20,608 nt of DNA from Bdellovibrio sp. (GCA_046318155.1 JBKCUU010000069.1:1-20608), one strand, 5' to 3'; shown: positions 1 through 9,130, counted from the first letter of the stretch. Notes: generated from the sequence alone by a model not told the origin. A program made the numbers and translations.

Positions 1-50
1 CCGCACTCCTCCGGCGACAGACGCCTGGCCCCCAGCTCCCCGTAGTGCGT

Positions 51-1241
51 TCAGGGATCCAAAGCTCGCAATGACGGTCTTTGATTTTTCGAAACCCAAG
101 GAGAGAAAGGCCGCTCGTACATCGGTGCATTTTCGACCAAGAGGTCGGGGTCAATCTCGGTGAGGCATTCGCCCCGCCACCAGAGACTCACCTTGCGGCC
201 CAAGGTGATCTCGCCGATCACGGAGGCGTCCAAACCCCAAATCTCAAACTCATTTTGCAACTCTTTGAGCTTGGCGGGCTCGCAAACCAGCAGCATTCGC
301 TCTTGCGATTCAGAAAGCAGAATCTCCTCAGGTCCCATCTGCGCATCACGCAGCGGGACTTTCGAAAGATCCATTTTCATTCCCACTTGACCTTTCGAGG
401 CCATTTCGAAACTTGAACTTGTCAGTCCCGCTGCACCCATATCTTGGATAGCCACGACTAACTTTTTCTGAATGACGGCCAGGCAAGACTCAATCAACAG
501 TTTTTCAAAGTAAGGGTCGCCGATTTGGACATTCGGTTTTTTAGCATCCGAGTTTTCATCAAAACTTTCAGAGGCCATCGCTGCACCGTGAACGCCATCG
601 CGTCCGGTTTTGGCTCCGACATAAACGACCAGGTTGCCGGCGCCTTTGGCTTTCGAAAGTGCCAACTCTTCGCCCGGCAACAAAAGTCCAACCGCCATCG
701 CATTCACCAGAATATTGTTATTGTAAGCCGGGTCAAAATTAGTCTGACCCGTCAAAGTCGGAACGCCGACGCAATTGCCGTAACCACTAATTCCGCGCAC
801 CACGCCGTCAATCAAAGTCGTCATCCGCTTTGCCGTGGGCTGGCCAAAACAAAGATAATCGGCGAGCACAACGGGACGCGCGCCCATGGTAAAGATATCT
901 CGCAAAATTCCGCCAACACCGGTCGCTGCACCTTGATAAGGCTCGATAAAACTCGGATGATTATGCGATTCCATTTTGAAGACAACTTTTTCATCAAAAC
1001 CCAAATCAAGAACACCTGCGTTCTCGCCTTGTGCGGTCACCACTTTTTCGTTGAGTGTCTTGCCAAATTTTTTTAAGTGGGTGCGCGAGCTCTTGTAGCT
1101 ACAATGTTCACTCCAAAGTGCCGAAAAAAGGGCCCACTCAATCCCTTGAGGCACGCGTCCCAAGAGCTTTGTGATCTGTGCGTGCTCGCCTTCGTTAATG
1201 CGATAGGTTTTAAACTTTTGCTTCAGATCGGCTTCACTCAT
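51..1241 (-). CDS. purL: Phosphoribosylformylglycinamidine synthase subunit PurL (small type), N-terminal half only; premature stop at 51-53
   Basis: Motifs WSEHCSYKSS, FKMESHNHPS, GAATGVGGILRDI, TGRDGVHGA, QDMGAAGL and LLSESQERM. Start at ATG 1241 (ATGA overlap with the purQ stop). Only ~396 aa, whereas small PurL is typically ~730-750 aa. Confidence 0.93.
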   Translation of the reverse strand: MSEADLKQKFKTYRINEGEHAQITKLLGRVPQGIEWALFSALWSEHCSYKSSRTHLKKFGKTLNEKVVTAQGENAGVLDLGFDEKVVFKMESHNHPSFIEPYQGAATGVGGILRDIFTMGARPVVLADYLCFGQPTAKRMTTLIDGVVRGISGYGNCVGVPTLTGQTNFDPAYNNNILVNAMAVGLLLPGEELALSKAKGAGNLVVYVGAKTGRDGVHGAAMASESFDENSDAKKPNVQIGDPYFEKLLIESCLAVIQKKLVVAIQDMGAAGLTSSSFEMASKGQVGMKMDLSKVPLRDAQMGPEEILLSESQERMLLVCEPAKLKELQNEFEIWGLDASVIGEITLGRKVSLWWRGECLTEIDPDLLVENAPMYERPFSPWVSKNQRPSLRALDP

Positions 1242-1876
1242 AAGAATCCCCATCCGTCTGTTCCGCCCATCCACGAGTACAAAGCGCGCTCAGGGTGAGG
1301 CATGAGTCCCGCCACATTTTTTTTCTTGTTCATCACACCCGCGATCGAGCGAAGCGAGCCGTTCGGTGTGTTCTTGTAGCGCAGCCAAACTTGTCCAGAT
1401 CCCTCGATGTCATCCAAAGACTCGGGCGAAGCGTAAAATCGACCTTCACCGTGAGCAATCGGGAGACGCAAATTCTTCTCGAGCCCTGCTTTTCCAAAAT
1501 AGAGATGCGAAGACACGAGCTCAAGCTCGGCCCAATCATCAATAAAGCGTTGACCCGAATTCTGCACCAAAGCTCCGGGAAGAAGTCCGCCCTCAACTAA
1601 GACCTGAAAACCATTGCAGATCCCAAGCACAGGTCCGCCTGTCTCCGCGAACTCACGAACTGAAGTCATCACCGGGCTTTTTGCCGACAAGGCGCCCGCC
1701 CGCAGATAATCACCGTAGCTAAAACCACCCGGCAAAATCAAAGCCTCGAATGCTTTCAAGTCAAAGCGGTCCAAATGCCAAAGGTATTGGGCTTTAAAAC
1801 CTTTAGCCTCAACCATTTCAAAAACATCCCGGTCGCAATTAGTTCCGGGGAAGCGAACCACACCGATCGTCTTCAT
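1238..1876 (-). CDS. purQ: FGAM synthase glutaminase subunit PurQ
   Basis: FPGTNCD, PGGFSYGDYLRAG, catalytic GICNGFQ, PIAHGEG and GLMPHPER motifs; lies between purS and purL. Confidence 0.97.
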   Translation of the reverse strand: MKTIGVVRFPGTNCDRDVFEMVEAKGFKAQYLWHLDRFDLKAFEALILPGGFSYGDYLRAGALSAKSPVMTSVREFAETGGPVLGICNGFQVLVEGGLLPGALVQNSGQRFIDDWAELELVSSHLYFGKAGLEKNLRLPIAHGEGRFYASPESLDDIEGSGQVWLRYKNTPNGSLRSIAGVMNKKKNVAGLMPHPERALYSWMGGTDGWGFL

Positions 1877-2112
1877 AGCTTTTGAATCTCGAAGGTTTCG
1901 ATCAAAGGATTATGTAAAACAAATCTTGCAATCTCTTCGGCGCGGCCAAGCGCGTCTGCCTCAGCTCCTTCAATTTCAAGCTCGACAAAACGGCCGACGC
2001 GAACACTTTCGGCACTGAGCTTATTCAGACGCAGAGTTTGTTCGACGGCTCGGCCTTGGGTATCCAAGATCACTTCACGGGGCATGATTTTAACACCAAA
2101 TTTTTGTTTCAC
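1873..2112 (-). CDS. purS: FGAM synthase subunit PurS
   Basis: 79 aa with ILDTQGRAV, VRVGR and LHNPLIE motifs; 4-bp overlaps with both purC and purQ. Confidence 0.93.
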   Translation of the reverse strand: MKQKFGVKIMPREVILDTQGRAVEQTLRLNKLSAESVRVGRFVELEIEGAEADALGRAEEIARFVLHNPLIETFEIQKL

Positions 2113-2819
2113 TTCAAAACCTCCGATAAACGTTTACAAACTTCTTGATAGGTCTCTGCCACATTTCCAAGGTCGCGCCGGAAACGATCTTTATCCATTT
2201 TCTCGCCTGTTTTTTTGTCCCATAGACGGCAACAATCGGGACTAATTTCATCCGCAAGAAGGAGGCGGTTACCTTCACGGCCAATTTCAATTTTAAAATC
2301 AACCAATGTCATCCCCGCCTGGTTCATGACCTTTGCCAAAACGTCATTGACCTTTAACGCCATCGTTTTAAGTTGCGGGATCTCGGTCTCTTTGACGATG
2401 CCTAACATGAGCGCTTGATCGTCGGACAAAAAAGGATCCGCCAAGGCATCGTTTTTAAAATAAAATTCAACCAAGGGTTTTGCTAAAACTTGACCCTCTT
2501 CAATACCAAATTTTTTAGCGGTAGAACCGGCCAGGACATTTCGAACGACGACTTCCAGCGGAATGATCTCGACTTTTTTTACCAGTAATTCGGTGGGACC
2601 TAATTGCTTGATCAGATGCGTGGGCACACCGTTTTTTGATAAGTGCTCAAACAAAAGTGCTGTCATTCGTAAATTGAGAGCACCTTTGCCTGCAAACGAG
2701 CCTTTTTTGAGAGCGTTAAAGGCCGTCAGGCTGTCTTTATACTCAACCACCACTTCGCTCTGAAGCTCGGTCGAGTAGATTTTTTTGGCTTTTCCTTCGT
2801 ACAAAAGTTCTTTTCTCAC
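2109..2819 (-). CDS. purC: SAICAR synthetase
   Basis: LYEGKAKKIY, IPLEVVVRN, LVDFKIEIG, LADEISPDCCRLWD and DKDRFRRDLG motifs; GAGGTG RBS upstream of the GTG start. Confidence 0.97.
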   Translation of the reverse strand: MRKELLYEGKAKKIYSTELQSEVVVEYKDSLTAFNALKKGSFAGKGALNLRMTALLFEHLSKNGVPTHLIKQLGPTELLVKKVEIIPLEVVVRNVLAGSTAKKFGIEEGQVLAKPLVEFYFKNDALADPFLSDDQALMLGIVKETEIPQLKTMALKVNDVLAKVMNQAGMTLVDFKIEIGREGNRLLLADEISPDCCRLWDKKTGEKMDKDRFRRDLGNVAETYQEVCKRLSEVLK

Positions 2820-2896
2820 CTAAAGCACCTCAAGTCGTCCGACTCTTTTTCTGAACATCCTATTTATTTAAACCTCGTGCTCTGAAACTGTTTGCC

Positions 2897-4183
2897 TTAA
2901 AGGACGCGTTTCAAAATCGTCTTGATACTTTTCTTATTTCGGTCACCTTTAAAAATCCGGTCGACCTCCTTGGCTTTGAGCAAGCGCTTAAGCTCTGGAT
3001 CCGACAAAATCTTATGTTTCAAGTGATCGCCTCTCCCCATCGAGTGGCAGAGTCTTTGAACATGATAGTAGGCCAACTCGCGGTCCAGACCTTTCTCAAC
3101 CAACGCCAGCAAAACCTGCGAGCTAAAAACTTGGCCTTGGGACAGATCAATGTTGTCTTGCATCCGTTTTTTACTCACTTCCAAACCTTCAAGCAAAATT
3201 GCCATTCGGTGCACGGAATAATCCGTCAAGATGAAGGCATCCGGAAAGATCACCCGCTCGACAGAAGAGTGTGAGATATCTCGCTCATGCCAGAGTGCGA
3301 CGTCTTCAAGCGCCGCTTGCGCATAGCTTCGAAGAAGCCTGGAGATCCCTGTGATATTCTCGGCGCTGATTGGATTTTTCTTATGAGGCATCGCCGATGA
3401 GCCTTTTTGACCTTTGGTAAAACCCTCAGTCACCTCAGCCACCTCGCTTCGCTGCAAATGTCTGAGCTCGATCGCCAAACGCTCAAGACCTGTTCCGATC
3501 ATTGCCAGAGCAATAAAAACCTCAGCGTGCCGATCACGAGGAACGACCTGCGTCGCCACGGTTTCGGGTTTAAGTTTGAGCAGGCGCCCGACCCGGACTT
3601 CGACTTCCGGGGGCTGACTCGAGTAGGTACCCACTGCACCCGACATCTTGACGATGCCGACTTGCTCTAAGGAGAGATCAAGGCGCTGCCGGTTGCGCGA
3701 AAGTTCTGCAATAAACCCCGCCATCTTAAGTCCAAAGGTGGTGGGCTCGGCAAACATGCCGTGGGTGCGCCCCGCGCACAGCGTTTCCGCATGACGGCGC
3801 GAAAGGCTTTTCATGGAACGTTCCAAAAAATCCAAAGAACGCCCCAGCACGACACCCGCCTCGCGAATCTGTAAACTCAGCGCCGTATCAAGTACATCCG
3901 AGCTGGTCATGCCAAAATGAATAAAGCGGCCCCACTCGCCGACATTTTCGGCCATGTTCGAGACAAAAGCGATCACGTCGTGCCTGGTTTCACGCTCAAT
4001 TTCTAAAATGCGCTTTGTCGAAAATTTAGCCTTTGCTGCAATTGCCTTAGCTGCCGCTCTAGGAATGATGCCAAGTCCAGCCTGAGCTTGCGCGACGGCG
4101 ATTTCAACTTCCATCATTTTCGAGAATCTTGCATCGGAGGTCCAAAGAACGCCCATTTCAGGCCGGGTGTAGCGCTCGATCAC
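2897..4183 (-). CDS. purB: Adenylosuccinate lyase
   Basis: MIERY start, HDVIAF, HFGMTSSD, GRTHG, fumarase-superfamily signature GSSAMPHKKNP, and WHERDISHSSVER. Confidence 0.97.
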   Translation of the reverse strand: MIERYTRPEMGVLWTSDARFSKMMEVEIAVAQAQAGLGIIPRAAAKAIAAKAKFSTKRILEIERETRHDVIAFVSNMAENVGEWGRFIHFGMTSSDVLDTALSLQIREAGVVLGRSLDFLERSMKSLSRRHAETLCAGRTHGMFAEPTTFGLKMAGFIAELSRNRQRLDLSLEQVGIVKMSGAVGTYSSQPPEVEVRVGRLLKLKPETVATQVVPRDRHAEVFIALAMIGTGLERLAIELRHLQRSEVAEVTEGFTKGQKGSSAMPHKKNPISAENITGISRLLRSYAQAALEDVALWHERDISHSSVERVIFPDAFILTDYSVHRMAILLEGLEVSKKRMQDNIDLSQGQVFSSQVLLALVEKGLDRELAYYHVQRLCHSMGRGDHLKHKILSDPELKRLLKAKEVDRIFKGDRNKKSIKTILKRVL

Positions 4184-4201
4184 GTCGGAAGTCCTTTCAG
4201 T

Positions 4202-5479
4202 TCACGTTTTTTTTCTGAGTTCTTCTCGCTTTTTCCACCAAACCGAAAGCAGAGACAAAACTTTTTCTTCGGATTTGAAAAGGGCGTTAAAGCCCAATCC
4301 ATTCCAAGTTTCACTTGAATGCAAAATTAAGTTTTCAGCGGAGCTGGCTTGAAATGTCAAAAGATCATGGGCTCCGTACAAGGGCTGGCGCGGAGGCCCC
4401 AGCTCGCGGTACGTTCGTTCAGCCGACAAAGGCTCTTCGGCCTTCATCGGTTTAACTGTCACAAATTTTTGTTCAAGCAGAGACAAGATCTTTTCGAGCT
4501 GCTCGGACAAATAATTTTTTTGTAGGCGTTGATTGGCAGGGATACGAATCCACGCATCGAGCAGATCTGGACTGGGACTTTTTTGCAGAATCAAAAGGTT
4601 GTCGTGTGTCCACGGCAAATCCAGGTCGCGCACCCAAACCGAATGGAACGGCAAGATCTCACGCTCGGGGCAGGCCGCAAGGCGAAGTCGAAACCGCGTC
4701 CAAACCCATTGCGGCTTCATTACACCTTGCGGAAAAAGCTTTTCTTGCAGGAGCGACGACAAAAAAGCCGTCTCTTCACCATTCAAGCACCAGACCAGTT
4801 GATCAAAAGTTAAAATTTCGGTCGTTTGCGAGGATTTCAAACGAAACTGCAAACCCTTGAGTTGGCGCCTCTCTTCTTTTGCCAAATCTAAGAGAGTCCG
4901 ATTTTTATGCACAGTCACGCCTCGGCGGGCGCACCAATCCAAGGATTGCTGAAGCCCAGGCCGCGTCACGGGACGAACCCAAAAATCGCCATCAAGTGCC
5001 AGCATAAATCCTGAGGTCAAACCCTCAGGAAATGGACGGTACGAATTGGCTGCCAAACTTGCGGCCAAATGGACCAACCAAGATTGAGCAAGACTTTGGC
5101 TCATCCAATCCGAAAGACTTTTGACTTTGCCATCTCGAAAATCGCGAAAGGTCGCCAGCACTGCCAGCGGCAAGCCTAACTTCTCGAGACGATTTTTCGT
5201 CAACGGACTCTTCATCTCGAGGGGGCCCGAACTCAAAACGAAGGCGGCCCCTTCAGCTTGATTGTGAGGTGGATCATCTTGATGAATGCGTTCTTGCGCA
5301 ACGGGAGGCAGGCCCGATAAGAAAACACCAAACGGTCCTTCTTCATCTTCAGGAGCTGAGCTTCCAAGGTCCTCACTCACATCAATCAGCACGACCGGTA
5401 TTTCATTTTCTTTTAAGCGACAGGCTAAACTTTGTCCTCGCCCAAAAGCGGACACAATCACGACAGGAGAATGAGTCAT
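4202..5479 (-). CDS. Hypothetical protein, possible degenerate FAD/NAD(P)-binding oxidoreductase fold
   Basis: 425-aa ORF coupled to purN by an ATGA overlap (5476-5479) and 18 bp from purB. The N-terminal beta-alpha-beta pattern VVIVSAFGRGQSLACRLKENEIPVVLID resembles a Rossmann motif lacking canonical GxGxxG. Function is inference only. Confidence 0.7.
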   Translation of the reverse strand: MTHSPVVIVSAFGRGQSLACRLKENEIPVVLIDVSEDLGSSAPEDEEGPFGVFLSGLPPVAQERIHQDDPPHNQAEGAAFVLSSGPLEMKSPLTKNRLEKLGLPLAVLATFRDFRDGKVKSLSDWMSQSLAQSWLVHLAASLAANSYRPFPEGLTSGFMLALDGDFWVRPVTRPGLQQSLDWCARRGVTVHKNRTLLDLAKEERRQLKGLQFRLKSSQTTEILTFDQLVWCLNGEETAFLSSLLQEKLFPQGVMKPQWVWTRFRLRLAACPEREILPFHSVWVRDLDLPWTHDNLLILQKSPSPDLLDAWIRIPANQRLQKNYLSEQLEKILSLLEQKFVTVKPMKAEEPLSAERTYRELGPPRQPLYGAHDLLTFQASSAENLILHSSETWNGLGFNALFKSEEKVLSLLSVWWKKREELRKKT

Positions 5480-6021
5480 GATCGACTCCCGACACTAAGA
5501 TCCATCCGCTGGGCCCATTCTCGCAAAAGGCGTTGCTCGAGCCTCGCCGCGCGCTCGGTTGTCACTGTCCAGTCCCGAGAGCGGGGAAGACGAGCTTGCA
5601 AACACCTTTGCCCGGCATCCATCTCGGCATTAACCTCATGAATGGTGACTCCCATTTCTGATTCTTCTTCAAAACATCGCTCAAGCGCTTTTGCTCCGGT
5701 AAATGCTGGAAGCAGACTGGGATGGACATTCCAAACTCGGCCCGTCCATTCTTTGATAAAATCGGCGGGCAGTATTCGCATAAATCCGACTAAAAATATT
5801 TTCTGAATTCCGCGCTGCTTAAGTTCTTTGCTTAAAAGGGTCCAATTCTGATCCTTTTCAAGAACAAGCGTGGGAATCCCGGAACGACGCGCCTTCAAAA
5901 GTCCTGCGGCTTTGGCCCGCGAACTAACAACCAAGCGCAAATCAAGATCTCCCAAAAGATCCATCAACGCTTGCGCTGTCGAGCCTCTTCCCGAGAGAAA
6001 CAAGGCCCAGCGACACTTCAC
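5476..6021 (-). CDS. purN: Phosphoribosylglycinamide formyltransferase
   Basis: LSGRGST, LVGFMRIL, catalytic NVHPSLLP and EMDAG motifs. Start moved from ORF start 6129 to GTG 6021 (GTGA overlap with the purM stop). Confidence 0.92.
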   Translation of the reverse strand: MKCRWALFLSGRGSTAQALMDLLGDLDLRLVVSSRAKAAGLLKARRSGIPTLVLEKDQNWTLLSKELKQRGIQKIFLVGFMRILPADFIKEWTGRVWNVHPSLLPAFTGAKALERCFEEESEMGVTIHEVNAEMDAGQRCLQARLPRSRDWTVTTERAARLEQRLLREWAQRMDLSVGSRS

Positions 6022-6998
6022 GGGTGCACCCCGCCCAGATCGAAGGTTCGAAATCCCTGACTCTCGACAATCGTCTGCGCGGATAAGTAGGAACTCTCGG
6101 GCAGGATCAGAACAAACCCAACACCGCAATTAAGAGTCGTGCGCATCTCTTCATCGCTCATTCCGGTGCGCCGTTGAACTTCAAGAAAGGGTTCCGGCAG
6201 ATCCCAAGTTTTAGGCGCCCACTTGAGATGCTCAGGTAAAACGCGTGGAATGTTTTCAATGCCGCCGCCTGTGATGTGAGCCGCCGCGTGAACTTCAATT
6301 TTTTGAGTTTTGAGGGCCTGTACGAGCTCAACATACAGCGCGGTGGGCTTTAGCAGCTCTTCTTGCCAAGCATCCAGATCCGCTTCAAAAACTTTTCGCA
6401 AGAGACTGTAGCCGTTCGAGTGAAACCCCGAGCTCGAAACTCCAAGCAAGCGGTCTTTAGCCTGAACGCGGTGGGCGCCCCAAGCCTGCTCCTCATCGAC
6501 CACTCCGACCGCAAAGCCGGCGCAATCAAAGTGACCGGGCTTATAGACCCCAGGCATTTCGGCAGTTTCTCCGCCAACCAACGCACAGTTCGAATCCGCA
6601 CAGGCTTTTTTGACACTCGATAAAAACTGCTTCGCGGCTTCAAGGTCCAATTTGCCGACAGCGTAGTAATCCAAAAACAGTAAGGGATCACCGCCCGTAC
6701 AAATCAAATCATTCAAGCACATCGCGACCAAGTCTTGACCGACACCCGTGTAGTTTTGGTATTGAGCGGCGACGAGAACTTTTGTTCCGACACCATCCGT
6801 GCACGTCACCAAGCAGGGCTTTTTTAAATGTGAAAAAGGAAATCGAAACAACGAAGCAAATCCGCCAATCCCATCAACGATTTTTTCTGAATGCGCAGAC
6901 TTGAAGGATTTTGGTGACGACTCAGAAACGAGCCAGTCGACCAGGGCATCGCCTGTGTCAACATCGACTCCAGCGGCCTTGTACTGAGTCCGATTCAT
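6018..6998 (-). CDS. purM: AIR synthetase (phosphoribosylformylglycinamidine cyclo-ligase)
   Basis: YKAAGVD, TDGVGTK, DLVAMCLND, GGETAEMPG, SSGFHSNGYSL and HITGGG motifs. Start at ATG 6998, preceded by AGGGGG RBS. Confidence 0.96.
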   Translation of the reverse strand: MNRTQYKAAGVDVDTGDALVDWLVSESSPKSFKSAHSEKIVDGIGGFASLFRFPFSHLKKPCLVTCTDGVGTKVLVAAQYQNYTGVGQDLVAMCLNDLICTGGDPLLFLDYYAVGKLDLEAAKQFLSSVKKACADSNCALVGGETAEMPGVYKPGHFDCAGFAVGVVDEEQAWGAHRVQAKDRLLGVSSSGFHSNGYSLLRKVFEADLDAWQEELLKPTALYVELVQALKTQKIEVHAAAHITGGGIENIPRVLPEHLKWAPKTWDLPEPFLEVQRRTGMSDEEMRTTLNCGVGFVLILPESSYLSAQTIVESQGFRTFDLGGVHP

Positions 6999-7021
6999 CA
7001 ATCCCCCTGGAAGAGTTTCAA

Positions 7022-7050
7022 AATGTAACGGCAAAACTTGAGTCCGTCGA
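7022..7050 (-). promoter_or_regulatory. Putative sigma-70 promoter for the pur operon
   Basis: Minus strand TCGACG-N17-TACATT (4/6 and 4/6 to TTGACA/TATAAT), ~24 bp upstream of the purM ATG. Confidence 0.4.
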
Positions 7051-7060
7051 TGCGAATCCC

Positions 7061-7085
7061 GCCCATGACGGCGCTTGTCATAGGC
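7061..7085. other. Stem-loop just after the peptidase stop codon
   Basis: Minus-strand RNA GCCUAUGAC-aagcgcc-GUCAUGGGC: 9-bp stem with one U-G pair. The U6 run lies 5' of the stem, so it is not a canonical intrinsic terminator. Confidence 0.5.
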
Positions 7086-7092
7086 AAAAAAG

Positions 7093-9048
7093 CTAATTCC
7101 GTGTTTCTGTCCCCAAATTTTTGCGAAAAAAGTCGATCGTAGACCCAAGCTCCAAAACTTGGTTGGATCGCTTTTGGGTGCCGTGCCCCTCATCCGCAAA
7201 GATGATCAGCGACCCTGGAATCTCTTTGGCCTGCATCTCTTGGTAAAAAGAAACCGCTTCGCCCACGGGGACTCGGGGATCCTCTGCACCTTGAATAATC
7301 ATCAGCGGACTTTTAAGCAACGCAAGATGAGTCACGGGCGAGAGCTCCAGCAAGGCCTCTTTATCCTTCTCAGGGTCACCATACTCAGGCGTTCTTAGAG
7401 CGCGGCGATAAGGAGCCGTGTTTTGCAGGAATGTCACCAGATTACTCATCCCCACAAGCGCAACGCCAGCATCATAGCTTCCGGCAAACTTCGTCATGGC
7501 AAGCAAAGTCGAATAACCCCCGTACGACCAGCCCATGACACCCAGCTTTGGCGTTTTTCCACCAACGGCAAAAATCTTTTTAAGTTCGGTGGCTGCGTCT
7601 TGAATATCCGTGATGACTTTTAGTCGCTTGGGCCCGTTATCACTGTGAAGCCACATTTGCCCGTAACCTTCGCTCCCTCGCACGTTTGGCTCGACAAAAA
7701 TAAATCCTTCATCCACAAAGAGCTGAGCAAAAACCGAAAACCCGGGAAGGCTCTGACCCTCGGGCCCTCCGTGAAAATGAACAACCACGGGGCACAGCCG
7801 CCGATCACAAGCAGAGGGCTTACGTACAAACATGGGGATCTTAGTTCCGTCCCGAGCTGTGTACTCCATGAGCTCAGCGCGCACGAATCTTTTTGTATCA
7901 ACCTCGGGTAAACTTGGGATCACCCAGCGAGTGATCTTTTTGGTGACGAAATCAAAACTAAAACTGGCTCGCGGTGCTTGCGCAGTTTCGACCGCCACCA
8001 TCATCTGGCGGCCATCTCGAGTCATAGATCCCGAAAAAGTATGATCCGCGCCCTCAGGGAGTGGCACTTCGATTTTTTCGAGCGTTTTTGCATCCAGCAC
8101 GTGCAGCTTCATATACGCATTTTGATTGGCCACAAAACTGACGTGCTTGCGTGCTTGATCGATACCCACAGAGATGACGTCGCCCTTTAATCCAGGAGCC
8201 AGCGGCCGCTCTTTGCCATTATACCAGTGGTAGATGGCGCGGAATTCTCCTCGCGGAGTGATTAAAAAATACTCTTTTTCACGTGGACCATAAAGAACCT
8301 GGTACTCTTGATTTTCACCCTGGCCGAACAAAGGCTGCAGCTGGCGCTTGTCGAGCGAATACTCATAAACTTCGTTCGCGGTATTGGTGATTTGCAAACT
8401 CAAAAGTAGACGACCGTCAGGTCTAAAATCCAAGACAGTCCAGAATCCTTTTTGCGAGAACACCAATTCTTTTACTTGGGTTTTTAAGTTGAATCGATAA
8501 ATCGCGTACGAGTCGGCCTCAATATCATTGGCGCGAAAGTAAACCCACTGCGAATCGAGACTGGTAAACTCAAAAATGGTCTGAACTTTTTTGGTGTGCT
8601 GGATGAGCTTAAGAGCACCGCCCTCAGCGGGTTGGTAATAAAGTCCTGGATGCTCTTCGCCATTGCGATCCCTCGAAATGATGAGGTATTGGCCATTGGG
8701 CGTGATGTCTTGCAGTTGCGTTTGATCCTCACCGCCGGTCATCTGAACCGGGAATCCTTCGGGTCGGTCGAGTTTCCAAATTTGCGATACGCCCGTGACA
8801 CGCCAAGAGAAATAAAGACGCTGACGATCAGGATGAATCATCCCCATCCCGGGAGCTCTGATATCAAGGAGGGATTGGATTTTTCGGCTCAGCTGAGGTT
8901 CAAGCGGTGGCGGTGCAAATTTTTGCAGGGTCTGCCGACTCACGGACTCAGCACCGAAACCTTTGTAGCCCCTCTCTCTTGGCTCAACACTCGAACAACC
9001 CAGACCTAGAATCAAAAACCCAAGAAGCAATCCCCGTGTCCCATTCAT
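7093..9048 (-). CDS. S9 family (prolyl oligopeptidase/acylaminoacyl-peptidase-like) serine peptidase, predicted lipoprotein
   Basis: HGGPEGQ, NVRGSEGYG, nucleophile GWSYGG, Asp in GAEDPRVP, His in DEGHG; N-terminal beta-propeller-like region. Start ATG 9048 with GAGGAG RBS; signal peptide MNGTRGLLLGFLILGLG-C with lipobox. Confidence 0.92.
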   Translation of the reverse strand: MNGTRGLLLGFLILGLGCSSVEPRERGYKGFGAESVSRQTLQKFAPPPLEPQLSRKIQSLLDIRAPGMGMIHPDRQRLYFSWRVTGVSQIWKLDRPEGFPVQMTGGEDQTQLQDITPNGQYLIISRDRNGEEHPGLYYQPAEGGALKLIQHTKKVQTIFEFTSLDSQWVYFRANDIEADSYAIYRFNLKTQVKELVFSQKGFWTVLDFRPDGRLLLSLQITNTANEVYEYSLDKRQLQPLFGQGENQEYQVLYGPREKEYFLITPRGEFRAIYHWYNGKERPLAPGLKGDVISVGIDQARKHVSFVANQNAYMKLHVLDAKTLEKIEVPLPEGADHTFSGSMTRDGRQMMVAVETAQAPRASFSFDFVTKKITRWVIPSLPEVDTKRFVRAELMEYTARDGTKIPMFVRKPSACDRRLCPVVVHFHGGPEGQSLPGFSVFAQLFVDEGFIFVEPNVRGSEGYGQMWLHSDNGPKRLKVITDIQDAATELKKIFAVGGKTPKLGVMGWSYGGYSTLLAMTKFAGSYDAGVALVGMSNLVTFLQNTAPYRRALRTPEYGDPEKDKEALLELSPVTHLALLKSPLMIIQGAEDPRVPVGEAVSFYQEMQAKEIPGSLIIFADEGHGTQKRSNQVLELGSTIDFFRKNLGTETRN

Positions 9049-9130
9049 GTGAAACTCCTCGTTAAGACTCAAAGCCTAAACCCTCGCCGTCACAAGGCAA
9101 AAGCTTTTTGCTGCCGATGAGCGTCGCCAT

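Noticed and set aside
51..53. TGA readthrough, selenocysteine or alternative genetic code in purL
   Set aside because: TGA is a normal stop for purQ, purM, era and others, and the downstream in-frame peptide does not resemble PurL.
2820..2896. 77-bp purB-purC gap as a riboswitch, sRNA or internal promoter
   Set aside because: No convincing stem or aptamer motif and only weak promoter matches; only the RBS is supportable.
51..6998. Absence of purF, purD, purE, purK and purH as pathway loss
   Set aside because: The operon runs to the window edge and these genes are often elsewhere; cannot be judged from this window.
6022..7199. Long N-terminal extensions of purN and purM in the ORF track (also purL, rnc, der, tsaE)
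   Set aside because: They overlap upstream genes and lack homology; downstream starts with stop/start coupling or an RBS fit better.
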